Shown one piece after another: positions 63,773 through 64,000 of a stretch of DNA of 64,000 nucleotides (positions within the stretch are counted from its first letter, which is position 1; each line of letters starts with the position of its first letter). The stretch is from Antedon mediterranea. Lineage: Eukaryota; Animalia; Echinodermata. The position numbers were made by a program, and so were the translations under genes. The notes below the pieces were generated by a model that saw nothing but the letters and a program-made list of their open reading frames with translations, ran no database searches and was not told the origin of the DNA. The stretch spans positions 13,638,352 through 13,702,351 of the forward strand of contig NC_092678.1 of assembly GCF_964355755.1 (NCBI RefSeq), in the 5' to 3' direction.

Positions 63773-64000
63773 GATTCACAAAATATTATAATTAAATGGA
63801 ATGTTCCATAAATTGTTAATTATAATTGTTGATAATTTCAAGTTGTTAGTCAGCAACTAGTTATAAGAAATAGATACATTTGTTATTACTGTAATTTGCC
63901 AGCATTTAATTTTTTTTTTTGCTGGACTTTTATATTTCAATGCTAAATTGAATTACAATTAAAGCCTAAGATAATTTGCCACACTAACCTGTTATTCAAC

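Overview
AT-rich, transposon-saturated animal genomic DNA, probably a marine invertebrate (inferred from repeat types; not provable here). From left to right: exons of an apparently disrupted host gene with a PSI domain (1-3815, minus); nested non-autonomous DNA transposons (Kolobok-, Academ-, Harbinger-like); two related LINEs lying head to head (one split by a Helitron); and a 24.3-kb Ty3/Gypsy element (31899-56162, minus) with 169-bp LTRs identical by eye, a 5-bp TSD, PBS and PPT. The main finding is inside that Gypsy element. Its integrase core is split by a ~16-kb insert (33001-~49085) with no visible TSD or TIR, carrying a compact gene cassette typical of a large DNA virus: two paralogous atypical protein kinases with a shared C-terminal domain, a 3xBIR-UBA-RING IAP, an intron-containing ABIN-2/TNIP2-like pseudogene, a catalytically dead AlkB-like protein, a small Cys/His protein, an ~823-codon orphan and ~1.3-kb internal repeats. 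I recognise no capsid, polymerase or terminase gene, so viral origin is inferred and the family is unassigned. The Gypsy holds three further insertions and itself sits inside a TIR element. The window ends with another nest of MITEs. All comparisons were made by eye.
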